DNA of 64,000 nt from a virus (taxonomy: Duplodnaviria > Caudoviricetes). The notes beneath the pieces are model-generated. The model searched no databases, was not told the DNA's origin, and saw nothing but the letters and a program-made list of their open reading frames with translations. The position numbers and the translations under genes are program-made. Below are positions 8,794-18,035 of the stretch, piece after piece; positions within the stretch are counted from its first letter, which is position 1; each line of letters opens with the position of its first letter. The stretch spans positions 160,001-224,000 of IMG/VR virus record IMGVR_UViG_3300026085_000093. The stretch is one strand, 5' to 3'.

Positions 8794-9243
8794 ATGGGAC
8801 GTCCAATTAATAAATCAAAAATAGGATACGGTGCAGGTAAAATTGCTGTAAGCCGTCACTATTTTACAGGTGGTTCAGAAGCAACTACAGCAGCACACAT
8901 TTACAAAGTAAAAGGTGCTAACCAATTTTGGGTACGCTTAGATAGCGACAATGCAGATCCAACAGCAGGCGAAGTTCTAAAATTAACGACAGAAGGCAAC
9001 GGAGCGATGCCAGAAGGTACATTTAGAATTGATGCAACTGGTTCTGACTCAACAGTTTATCAAGTAACACAACTTCGTAACAGAACAGTACAAATTGAAA
9101 ATACTGCAAAAGGTACTGCTACACCTCCAGATGGTGACAAAGCAGACAATGTAATTTACGAAATTGGTAATCATCCAGATGCAAGAGAAGATTCAGGTGT
9201 ACCAAACGCAGTATTAAGTGTATCTCTACCAAGACAATCATAA
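8794..9243 (+). CDS. Hypothetical virion structural protein
   Basis: 149-aa ORF with strong SD, first gene of a late operon of structural-type proteins. Confidence 0.7.
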   Translation: MGRPINKSKIGYGAGKIAVSRHYFTGGSEATTAAHIYKVKGANQFWVRLDSDNADPTAGEVLKLTTEGNGAMPEGTFRIDATGSDSTVYQVTQLRNRTVQIENTAKGTATPPDGDKADNVIYEIGNHPDAREDSGVPNAVLSVSLPRQS

Positions 9244-9256
9244 GTTGGAGATATAA

Positions 9257-10582
9257 ATGTCAGCGTCTAGAATCGAGCAGTATGGAGTCGACAATTATAA
9301 GTTAACAATTAACGATGGCGGAACTATTGAAATTAATGTAGGTTCCGGCACTGTCGTTATCAATGGTGACTTAGATGTCAATGGTTCCCAAACTTCGATT
9401 ACTTCGTCTGAATTAATTGTAAGTGATAAGACCCTAACACTAAACAATCAATCTAATACACTATACGATATTGTTGGTATTACACAAACAAACCCAGCAC
9501 AAATAGAATTATCAGATGCACACAGTTTTACTGATGGTAGCGAAGTAATCATTACTAATGTTTTAGGAATGATAGAATTAAACAATAACACTTACTATGT
9601 AAATGTTGTTGATCCTACCACAGTTGAATTGTTTGCAGATTTTCTATTAACAACGCCTGTAGATTCGTCAGGGTTTACTGCATACGTAAGTGATGGTAAT
9701 ATACAAAGGGTAATTGCAACTGGTATTGGTGGAGATGAAATTTCAGGTATCATAATGGATAGAGGTACATTACCTAATGCTGTTATGTTTTACGATGAAA
9801 ACTTACTTTCATACACTAACGGTGTGTTAGAAGCAAATGCAGGTGCATTTAAGTTTGGTTTAGAAGGTTCAGGATACTTAGGTATCTACACTAGCAGTAT
9901 TAAAACTGAAGACGGTAATGATCTTAACTTGTTACCAGGATCAAACTTAGGAGGTGTTGTTTCTGTATCAGGATCACTTGATTATGAAAAACGCCTTGCT
10001 GAATATGATGGCAGTGAAATTAAAAATATGCCTACAAATTCTGACAGATTGTCAGGGGCAGATTGGCCAGGATATGAACCAGATGCAATTCCTAATTTGC
10101 AGTTCTTGAAAGACTATGTTAGAGACTATCACAAATACAATTGGCAATATAGAATTAATGCTATTGAACCGGATGGAACAACAAAAGTAGAAGCATTCAG
10201 TACACTAGATGGTACTACAACATTAAGTAATGTTAGAATTACTGTAGACGGTAGTGAAATTGCATACTTTTATGAAACATCTGCAGAAATTGCACAAGTT
10301 ACCATAGACGGCTCTACAATTTCGTCAACTGGACTTGATAGTGATTTGAAAATATCAGGTAATAATTTAGGTGATGTGCAAGTATTAACACCTATGTTGT
10401 TTCCTAAATTGACAGATCCTGCATTAACTGCTACAGAAGCAACACCACCAACTGATGGTACAAAGATATATGCAAAAGACGAGGCTGATGGCGGCACAGG
10501 TTTATATTTTATAAACGAGTTAGGTACACAAGACGAATTTATAAGCAGGAATAAAGCTCTGCTTTATAGTATTATTTTTTAA
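9257..10582 (+). CDS. Virion structural/baseplate-associated protein with E1-FCCH-like beta domain
   Basis: Beta-rich Thr/Gly/Asp/Ile composition; segment ITQTNPAQIELSDAHSFTDGSEVIITNVLGMIELNNNTYYV resembles the FCCH-like module common in phage structural proteins. Confidence 0.6.
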   Translation: MSASRIEQYGVDNYKLTINDGGTIEINVGSGTVVINGDLDVNGSQTSITSSELIVSDKTLTLNNQSNTLYDIVGITQTNPAQIELSDAHSFTDGSEVIITNVLGMIELNNNTYYVNVVDPTTVELFADFLLTTPVDSSGFTAYVSDGNIQRVIATGIGGDEISGIIMDRGTLPNAVMFYDENLLSYTNGVLEANAGAFKFGLEGSGYLGIYTSSIKTEDGNDLNLLPGSNLGGVVSVSGSLDYEKRLAEYDGSEIKNMPTNSDRLSGADWPGYEPDAIPNLQFLKDYVRDYHKYNWQYRINAIEPDGTTKVEAFSTLDGTTTLSNVRITVDGSEIAYFYETSAEIAQVTIDGSTISSTGLDSDLKISGNNLGDVQVLTPMLFPKLTDPALTATEATPPTDGTKIYAKDEADGGTGLYFINELGTQDEFISRNKALLYSIIF

Positions 10583-10591
10583 GGAAGAAAG

Positions 10592-10924
10592 ATGGCGATT
10601 AACAGTGTAAAAATACTTGAAACTGATACAACATTGCTAGATGTTCCAGCAGGAAAGAAATATGCCATCACGACCGTGTTAGTTAGCAACTATTCTACTT
10701 CGACAACAAGTGTAAACGACAGTAGTTTTGATATGCATGTAATACAAGGAAGTGGCGGAGTTAAATCAGACAGTAATAAAGTCCTTAACAATATATCGAT
10801 GCCTGCTCAGGAAACATTTTCTTTTAATGTTGAGAGATTGATTTTAGAAGAAGGTGACAGAATAGTAATGATTAGTCCGGATTCGGATAAACTGAATGCG
10901 ACAATAAGTTATTTGGAAGTATAA
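10592..10924 (+). CDS. Small beta-rich virion protein
   Basis: 110-aa ORF, AAGGAAG SD, in structural operon; ends LILEEGDRI..ISP....LNATISYLEV. Confidence 0.65.
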   Translation: MAINSVKILETDTTLLDVPAGKKYAITTVLVSNYSTSTTSVNDSSFDMHVIQGSGGVKSDSNKVLNNISMPAQETFSFNVERLILEEGDRIVMISPDSDKLNATISYLEV

Positions 10925-13900
10925 ATGAAGTATGTAAAGCAGCAGATATTACACGATAGGAAAATAGGAGACCGTCAACTTGTAATTAAAGGTGACGGTA
11001 CAATTGAACTTAATCCTGGTAGCGGAACTGTTGAAATCAACGGTAACTTAAAAGTTACAGGTAGTTCAAGTGGTCCTACTGATACACTGATCTATTATGT
11101 GTCATTACAAGGTAATGACGCAAATGATGGGTTAGGTGCAGGTCCTGATCGTGCAAAAAGAACAATTAAATCTGCTGTTGAAGCAGCACCAGCAGGATCA
11201 ACTATTAAAGTTGCACCAGGAGACTATTACGAAGATAACCCAATTACGTTAAAAGAACGTATGACTGTTAGAGGCGATAGTTTACGTAACTGTCAAGTTT
11301 GGCCAAACAATAAAACACAAACAATTTTTTATATGGATTGTGCATGTTATTTGTTCCAACTTACATTTAGAGGATTAGCAGATCCAGGCTGGTGTGCAGA
11401 AATTAGACCAGGCGCACTTGTAACCGTTTCGCCGTATGTACAAAACTGTACAAACATGAATGGCCCTTGGTTAAACGACGGAACAGAATTTGTTCCGTTC
11501 CAAACAGAACAGATTCCAGGTGTACCAGCAGGTGCTAGACCAATTATAAACGATCCTAATGTACCATTTGAAAAACGTGTAAATGACAACGGTGGCGGCA
11601 ACGGTCTGAAGTGTGATGGTTCTGCTTACGATCAGCGAAGTCTTGTGAGATCGTTTGTTGCTGACGCATTTACACAAGTTGCACAGGGCGGTATTGGCTT
11701 TTGGCTATTAAATGAAGGATATACACAGATTGTTAGTTGCTTCTCAGTTTTTACAAGAGTTGGCTTCCAAGCAACTACAGGCGGATATCTTTCAATCTCA
11801 AACTCTGTTAGTGACTTTGGTACATATGCTATCATTGCTGACGGTTTATTTGATCAAGTGTTTACAACTGCAAGGCCTACAGAAGATTATTATTCTGTTG
11901 TTGGTAGTGTAACTATAAACAATCAAGGTGCAGGTTATACAAATGCACCTACAGCAACTATTGATCCTCCTACTACGCCAGGCGGTATACAAGCAACAGG
12001 TACTGCAAGTATTGACCCTGCAACAGGTAAAGTTGTTGCTGTAAGTATTACTAACCAAGGTACCGGTTATGACTTTATTCCTACCATTACATTTACAGGC
12101 GGCGGATTTAGTATTCCTGCAACAGGTACTGTAAACCTAATCACAAACCGAATTATCGAAGTAGATAGTTTACGTGATATTCCGCAAACAGGTTCTATTA
12201 TTACGTTCGAAGGTGATTCAACAAAATATTATGTAACCGAATCTAATATTACAACACAGCCTTTCATTTATGATGAAACAATTTGTAGAAGAGATATACA
12301 AAGAATTATTGATGCAGTCTCAGGAGATTCTGCACTAGGTACAAATTATCAAAGTATCAATGCAGGTAGAAGTTATCTTCGTGCAACATCGCAAAAAGTT
12401 CTTAATCAACAGTTAGCACCTACAATATACGGTATCGAAGCAGCAAGAGACGAAATGCTGAAATGTGTTCCTGATACAGATCCTGCTAACTTAGACTATA
12501 GATATAACATAATTGAAAACTTTGCAATTATTACAAATACTATTACACAAGGAGATAGCACTGCGGTACCAGATGTAGTGTACAACGAACTTGTAGGTAT
12601 AGATAGCGGTGTTATAGCAGCAAAAGATAACATTGTACAAAATAAAGATTTTATTATTGACGAAGTTGTAAATTATATTTCAGATCAATTTACAGATTTA
12701 TCATACGACCAAGACAAGTGTGAAAGAGATGTAAGACAAATCACAACTGCTGTTGCATATGATACTGCATTAGGAACAAACTATTCAAGCGTTACAGCAG
12801 GTAGAGCATATGCTCGTGCAAATGCAAGTATAGTTTACCAAAAACAAAAAGTGCAAACTATTGCAGCATACCAATACTTAAAATCACTTATGCTTGCATT
12901 ACCTAATGTAGTAGCAAGTTCAACTGCTACAAGCAGAGTTAACAATGCTATGGATGAGATTATTGAAATCCTTTCAGCAGGTGATAGCACAAGTGCAGAC
13001 GATTACACATATCCTTCACCAACAGGTGTTATTGCAGCAAGAGAAAATGCAAGAGATCAACTTGTTAACAACAAAGACTTCATTCAAGAAGAAATTATAA
13101 AGTGGGTAGATGAAAATTATCCTACGTTAGATTATGACCAAGATAATTGTTACAAGGATGTAGGACATATTGTTGACGGATTAGTTTATGATATTTTATA
13201 TGGCGGCAATTATGCAACTAGAGATGTAGCACAAGCATATTTTGTAGGTGCAGCAAGTCAATTAGGAGCAGACGAAACTACTGCTACTATTGCAGCATAT
13301 GGTAGATTAAAAGAAATTACAACACAGATTTTGCAAGGAGATCCAGTATTTAGGTCTTCCGGCAACTTGTTAGTACAAGATACATCAGCAGCAAATGCAA
13401 CAGGTGTTGAAGCAGAACGTGCAGACGAATATATTGATATTATTATTGAAGTAATTAACACAGGTGCATTGACAAACTTACCTGAAGTACAATATCCAAG
13501 TGTGCTTTGGGCAGCAGCAGATGTACAAGCAGCAAGAAGTTCATTGTTTGCAGCACAAGATAATTTTGCAACTAATATTACAAGTTATTTGCTTACAACA
13601 TATCCAAACTTTACATATGATAGAACAAAGTGTAAAAGAGATGTAGAACTTATTTTAGATGCTGTTGTAAGAGATGTTAAACTAGGCACAAACCACAATA
13701 GTATTCAAGCAGGACAAGCATATCAAAGAGCAACAGCAACATATTTTGATGTTGCACAAAAACCTGCAACAATTATTTCAATTAGATATCTAAAAACACT
13801 TGCCGCAGCAGGTGCAGCAGGTAGCAGTGTTGCTGTTGAAAGAGTCAATGACAGATTTGATATTATTCTAAACTTAATTGAATTTGCAGATCAAACTTTA

Positions 13901-16900
13901 ACTACTGTACCAGATGGAGGCTTTGGTGCACAAACTGCATTACCTAGTGAAGGTAGAACATTCCCTGCACCGACACCAGCAAGTCAAGAATTAATCGATG
14001 CCAATAGATTATTACAAGCAAACAGAGATTTCTTAGTTGAAGATACAATTGCGTATATTGCAAATAACTATTTTGTTTACGATAGTGCAAAGTGTGCTAG
14101 AGACACTGCATTAATTCTAGATGCTGTAACATATGACTTAGTTTTAGGTACAAATTACAATAGTATTCAAACAGCACTTGCATATTATAATGCTAATGCA
14201 TCTTTAGTGATAAGTGATCAACTTACAGAAACTGTTGCAGCAATTACATATTTAAGAACAGAAGTTGCTACATTAGTAGCAGCAGACGGACCAAGTGTAG
14301 CAGCATGTAATGCATTGTTTAATGAAATTATCGACATTCTGCAAAATGGTGTCGGTAATGCAGATCCTTTGACATTCACCGATCCGGGTGCAGACGTAAA
14401 CAAAGCATATGCAAGAACATTACTACAAGCAAACCGTACATTTATTATTAGTGAATTAATTGCTTGGATTAATTTAAGTTTTCCAACTTTAGTCTATGAT
14501 CAAGCAAAATGTGAAAGAGACACAGGATACATTATTGATGCTGTATCGCATGATATACAGTACGGTACAAACTTTGCAACAAGAACAGCAGCACTAGCAT
14601 ATTTTGAAGGTACTGCATCACAGATTCCTGCGTCACAAAAAGATGAAACAATTGCTTCATATCAGCAGTTAATTGATATTGCCGATGATGTAATTATAGA
14701 AAACAGAGCAGGACAAATTCTTACAGGTAATCCAGCAAGTTCAGCAGAAATGGATGAACTAGCAGGGTTAGTTACCTACATTGTTGATGTTTTACAAGAA
14801 GAAAGCACAGAAAATCTTCCATCACTTTATGAGCCTGATCTAACTTGGGTTGCTTCTAACTTAACAGACTCAAGAGATTTAATTTTAGCAAGCGGTGACA
14901 GTTCTCAATCAGATCTTGTACAAAGTGTAATTGATTATATTAACATAAGTTTAAATGGATTAAGTTACGACGAAGCAAAATGTCGTAGGGACAGTGAATA
15001 TATTATTGACAGTGTGTCACACGATATGCTGTACGGCGGAAACAGAAGTATACTAATTAGCACTAGAGCATATTTTGATGACGGTGTTTCTACTATTGTT
15101 GGACAAGAGTTCCAAACTGCTGATGCTATTGAACACTTGAGAGATATTAGTGTTAGTATCATTGAAGGTGTTCCAATTGCTGTACAACCTGGAAACGGCG
15201 AAACACAAGATCTAAGCGGAACATTTGGTACTTCAACAGAAAGCGAAGTTGCAAACGAACTTTATAATATTTTAATTCTTGCAATCACAGACAGTTTAGG
15301 ACTGGGTACTACTCCACAAAATACTAATCCAGATTATAGCTGGATTAGTAGTAGTCTTGTAGAAGCAGCAGACAATATCCTTACAAATAGCACAACATAT
15401 CAGCAGCAAGTAATTGATTATATTACTGCAAATATAATCGGTTTTAGATATAATGTAGAAAAGTGTAGAAGAGATACAAATTACATTATTGATGCAGCAG
15501 TTTATGATATGATGTATGGCGGTAACAAGCAAACACGTAGAGCAGCAGAAGCTTATTATAGTGGTACAATTCTAAGTGCAGCAACCGTAGGTAATGCAGA
15601 TCAACAAGATATAACTGAATTTACATATAAGCATCTAGCAAGAGTGTTAAGCGATGTTGCACAGAACATAGATATTACACCTAGCGGCACACCTACCTTA
15701 CTGCAAGAAACAGACGGTACAAATGGTAGTGCAGCAGCAGGATTAATTCTAAAAACTCTTGTATATAAAATTGCTGAAGTTATTGAAACTACTGTAATTT
15801 CTGATTCAGGAAACACAGTATATCTTCCTATCGAACAAGATCACAACTATGAAGGCCTAGCATCTATGGAAGACTATGCTGACAGACAATTGATTATGTT
15901 CAAAGCACAAGACATTGAAGATGAAGCAATTAGATTACTAAACTTAGAATATGGTGGTGTTGCAGAACTTACATTATTCCCAGGTGTACTATCTGTAGAA
16001 AAAGGTACACTTGGTAACATGCAACGTGTAAGTACTGTATCAACTTCAGGACATGCATTTGAATATGTTGGCGCAGGTATCACTTACAATGCACTTCCGT
16101 TCTTTGGCGGTTCACCGATTGCTGCAAACGAAATTGTTGAAACAAACACTGGTAAGGTATTTGCAGGCGGTACTGTTGACCAAATTGGTAACTTTAGAGT
16201 TGGTAATTTCTTTGCAGTTAATGCTCTAACAGGTGCTATTACTCTTAATGCTAACCAAATTGATTTAACAGGTATTGCAAGCATTGGTCCTTTCCAAAGA
16301 TTTGGTATTCCAGTTGGTGTTGAATTAAAAGAAGTAAGTAATAATACAAACCTTATAGCAAGCACAGGTGCAGCAGATATCAATACTGTACCTACACAAA
16401 ACGCTGTAGTACAATTCCTAAGCAACAACTATCTAAATAAAATCACAGGCGGCACAGTTGAAGGCGATGTTACTTTTGAACTAGACATTGCGGTCGATGG
16501 CGGAGACTTAACAACTACTGCAAGTGAGTTTAACCTAGTTAATGATAATGCTAATACTGTTAACTTTGCTGGCGGCGCTGCAAACATTAACATTGGTGAT
16601 TTGATTGGTACAACAACTATTAACAACAGCCTAGTTGTTAAAGATGATATCAAATTAGGAGAAAATCCTACTACTAATGTTACAACTGATTCATTAATTG
16701 TAAACTTACTAAACACAACAGTAACAACAGTAAATGCAATGGGCGACGCGACTACAATTGTTATGGGTGCAGATACTGGTACGATGACGATCAACAACGA
16801 CTTTGTTGTTATTGATAGTGATAAAAGTATTCAAGTACCGGTAGGAGATACAAGTGCTCGTCCGTCTGTACCAGTAATCGGTCAAGTACGCTTCAACACA

Positions 16901-17929
16901 GACTTACAGTTTTATGAAGGTTATAACGGTGTAAACTGGAGTTCACTAGTTGGCACTATCGATGCTGATCAAGATACATTTATTAGACCAGAAGTTGGCC
17001 CAGGTACTGACGAAGATACATTAGAATTCTACGCTGATGGTACAAAGAGAATGTTCTTAAATTCAAGCACATTGAATATTGATGAGACAATTGATGTTAT
17101 AATTAACAGCGATACACAATCAAGAAGTACTGAAAGCGGTGCAGTTGTTGTTACAGGCGGCATGGGTATAGGTGGCAACTTATATGTTGGCGGCACGATA
17201 GGCGGTGATATTCAAATTGGCCATTTAGGAACAAGCACTCTTACAATTAGAGGCGAGACTGTTTATGCTCCTGACACAATTAGACTTATTACAGATGCAC
17301 CTGATAGCGCAGCAGATGATATTGTATATCCGTTAACACTTGCACACCATACTACCACTGGTGCAATTACTGCCGGTGCTGGTACTGGTATGAAGTTTGA
17401 GTTAGAAACATTCCTAAACAACTTTGAAACCGCAGCACAAGTTGATGTTGTTAGCACAGATGTAACAGGTGGTGGTGAAGACTTTGATATGATTATTAGC
17501 ACCATGCACAATGGATTGCTAACTGAAAAGTTTAGAATCAGCGAACTAACTTCAACATTAACAACAAGTTTAGCGATTGAACAAAATCTTACTGTAACAG
17601 GTATATTAGATGCAGCAGCGTTTACTGGTTCTTTATTTGCAGATGACAGTACAGAAATTATTGATGCAATTAATAACAAATTAACTGTTGTAAATGCTGA
17701 CATTGGAACGCTTATTTTAACTACTGATCTTGAAGTACAATATGGTGGTACTGGTGTAAGCACATTCACTGAAAACGGTATACTATATGGAAACATAGCA
17801 GACCCTGTACAAGTTACTGATGCAGCAGGTACAAGTGATATTAACGAGTCATTCCAAATACTAACTGTAACCAGCGATGTTGATTCAACACCAGTTTGGA
17901 CTGATACAATCGATGGTGGTAGTTTCTAA
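10925..17929 (+). CDS. Giant baseplate/tail fibre protein: split beta-helix domain, eight globin-like helical repeats, fibre C-terminus
   Basis: 2334 aa; YYVSLQGNDANDG...RTIKSA beta-helix start, SPYVQNC, AFTQ..GG; eight YDxxKCxRD repeats; C-terminal VQYGGTG...PVWTDTIDGGSF. Confidence 0.8.
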   Translation: MKYVKQQILHDRKIGDRQLVIKGDGTIELNPGSGTVEINGNLKVTGSSSGPTDTLIYYVSLQGNDANDGLGAGPDRAKRTIKSAVEAAPAGSTIKVAPGDYYEDNPITLKERMTVRGDSLRNCQVWPNNKTQTIFYMDCACYLFQLTFRGLADPGWCAEIRPGALVTVSPYVQNCTNMNGPWLNDGTEFVPFQTEQIPGVPAGARPIINDPNVPFEKRVNDNGGGNGLKCDGSAYDQRSLVRSFVADAFTQVAQGGIGFWLLNEGYTQIVSCFSVFTRVGFQATTGGYLSISNSVSDFGTYAIIADGLFDQVFTTARPTEDYYSVVGSVTINNQGAGYTNAPTATIDPPTTPGGIQATGTASIDPATGKVVAVSITNQGTGYDFIPTITFTGGGFSIPATGTVNLITNRIIEVDSLRDIPQTGSIITFEGDSTKYYVTESNITTQPFIYDETICRRDIQRIIDAVSGDSALGTNYQSINAGRSYLRATSQKVLNQQLAPTIYGIEAARDEMLKCVPDTDPANLDYRYNIIENFAIITNTITQGDSTAVPDVVYNELVGIDSGVIAAKDNIVQNKDFIIDEVVNYISDQFTDLSYDQDKCERDVRQITTAVAYDTALGTNYSSVTAGRAYARANASIVYQKQKVQTIAAYQYLKSLMLALPNVVASSTATSRVNNAMDEIIEILSAGDSTSADDYTYPSPTGVIAARENARDQLVNNKDFIQEEIIKWVDENYPTLDYDQDNCYKDVGHIVDGLVYDILYGGNYATRDVAQAYFVGAASQLGADETTATIAAYGRLKEITTQILQGDPVFRSSGNLLVQDTSAANATGVEAERADEYIDIIIEVINTGALTNLPEVQYPSVLWAAADVQAARSSLFAAQDNFATNITSYLLTTYPNFTYDRTKCKRDVELILDAVVRDVKLGTNHNSIQAGQAYQRATATYFDVAQKPATIISIRYLKTLAAAGAAGSSVAVERVNDRFDIILNLIEFADQTLTTVPDGGFGAQTALPSEGRTFPAPTPASQELIDANRLLQANRDFLVEDTIAYIANNYFVYDSAKCARDTALILDAVTYDLVLGTNYNSIQTALAYYNANASLVISDQLTETVAAITYLRTEVATLVAADGPSVAACNALFNEIIDILQNGVGNADPLTFTDPGADVNKAYARTLLQANRTFIISELIAWINLSFPTLVYDQAKCERDTGYIIDAVSHDIQYGTNFATRTAALAYFEGTASQIPASQKDETIASYQQLIDIADDVIIENRAGQILTGNPASSAEMDELAGLVTYIVDVLQEESTENLPSLYEPDLTWVASNLTDSRDLILASGDSSQSDLVQSVIDYINISLNGLSYDEAKCRRDSEYIIDSVSHDMLYGGNRSILISTRAYFDDGVSTIVGQEFQTADAIEHLRDISVSIIEGVPIAVQPGNGETQDLSGTFGTSTESEVANELYNILILAITDSLGLGTTPQNTNPDYSWISSSLVEAADNILTNSTTYQQQVIDYITANIIGFRYNVEKCRRDTNYIIDAAVYDMMYGGNKQTRRAAEAYYSGTILSAATVGNADQQDITEFTYKHLARVLSDVAQNIDITPSGTPTLLQETDGTNGSAAAGLILKTLVYKIAEVIETTVISDSGNTVYLPIEQDHNYEGLASMEDYADRQLIMFKAQDIEDEAIRLLNLEYGGVAELTLFPGVLSVEKGTLGNMQRVSTVSTSGHAFEYVGAGITYNALPFFGGSPIAANEIVETNTGKVFAGGTVDQIGNFRVGNFFAVNALTGAITLNANQIDLTGIASIGPFQRFGIPVGVELKEVSNNTNLIASTGAADINTVPTQNAVVQFLSNNYLNKITGGTVEGDVTFELDIAVDGGDLTTTASEFNLVNDNANTVNFAGGAANINIGDLIGTTTINNSLVVKDDIKLGENPTTNVTTDSLIVNLLNTTVTTVNAMGDATTIVMGADTGTMTINNDFVVIDSDKSIQVPVGDTSARPSVPVIGQVRFNTDLQFYEGYNGVNWSSLVGTIDADQDTFIRPEVGPGTDEDTLEFYADGTKRMFLNSSTLNIDETIDVIINSDTQSRSTESGAVVVTGGMGIGGNLYVGGTIGGDIQIGHLGTSTLTIRGETVYAPDTIRLITDAPDSAADDIVYPLTLAHHTTTGAITAGAGTGMKFELETFLNNFETAAQVDVVSTDVTGGGEDFDMIISTMHNGLLTEKFRISELTSTLTTSLAIEQNLTVTGILDAAAFTGSLFADDSTEIIDAINNKLTVVNADIGTLILTTDLEVQYGGTGVSTFTENGILYGNIADPVQVTDAAGTSDINESFQILTVTSDVDSTPVWTDTIDGGSF

Positions 17930-17954
17930 AAACTACCACTATTAATTTCCTTGA

Positions 17955-18035
17955 TAAATACATTTAGCAATTTCTATTGCTTTAACGTGGGCGTCTACAT
18001 AGACTTGACCCGTACCTTGATAGGAGATAAGCCTT
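17955..18035 (+). promoter_or_regulatory. Late promoter and structured leader of the 3373-aa fibre gene
   Basis: TAAATA 17955-17960; hairpins AGCAAT-TTCT-ATTGCT and GTCTA/TAGAC nested in GGG/CCC; AGGAG SD. Confidence 0.5.
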
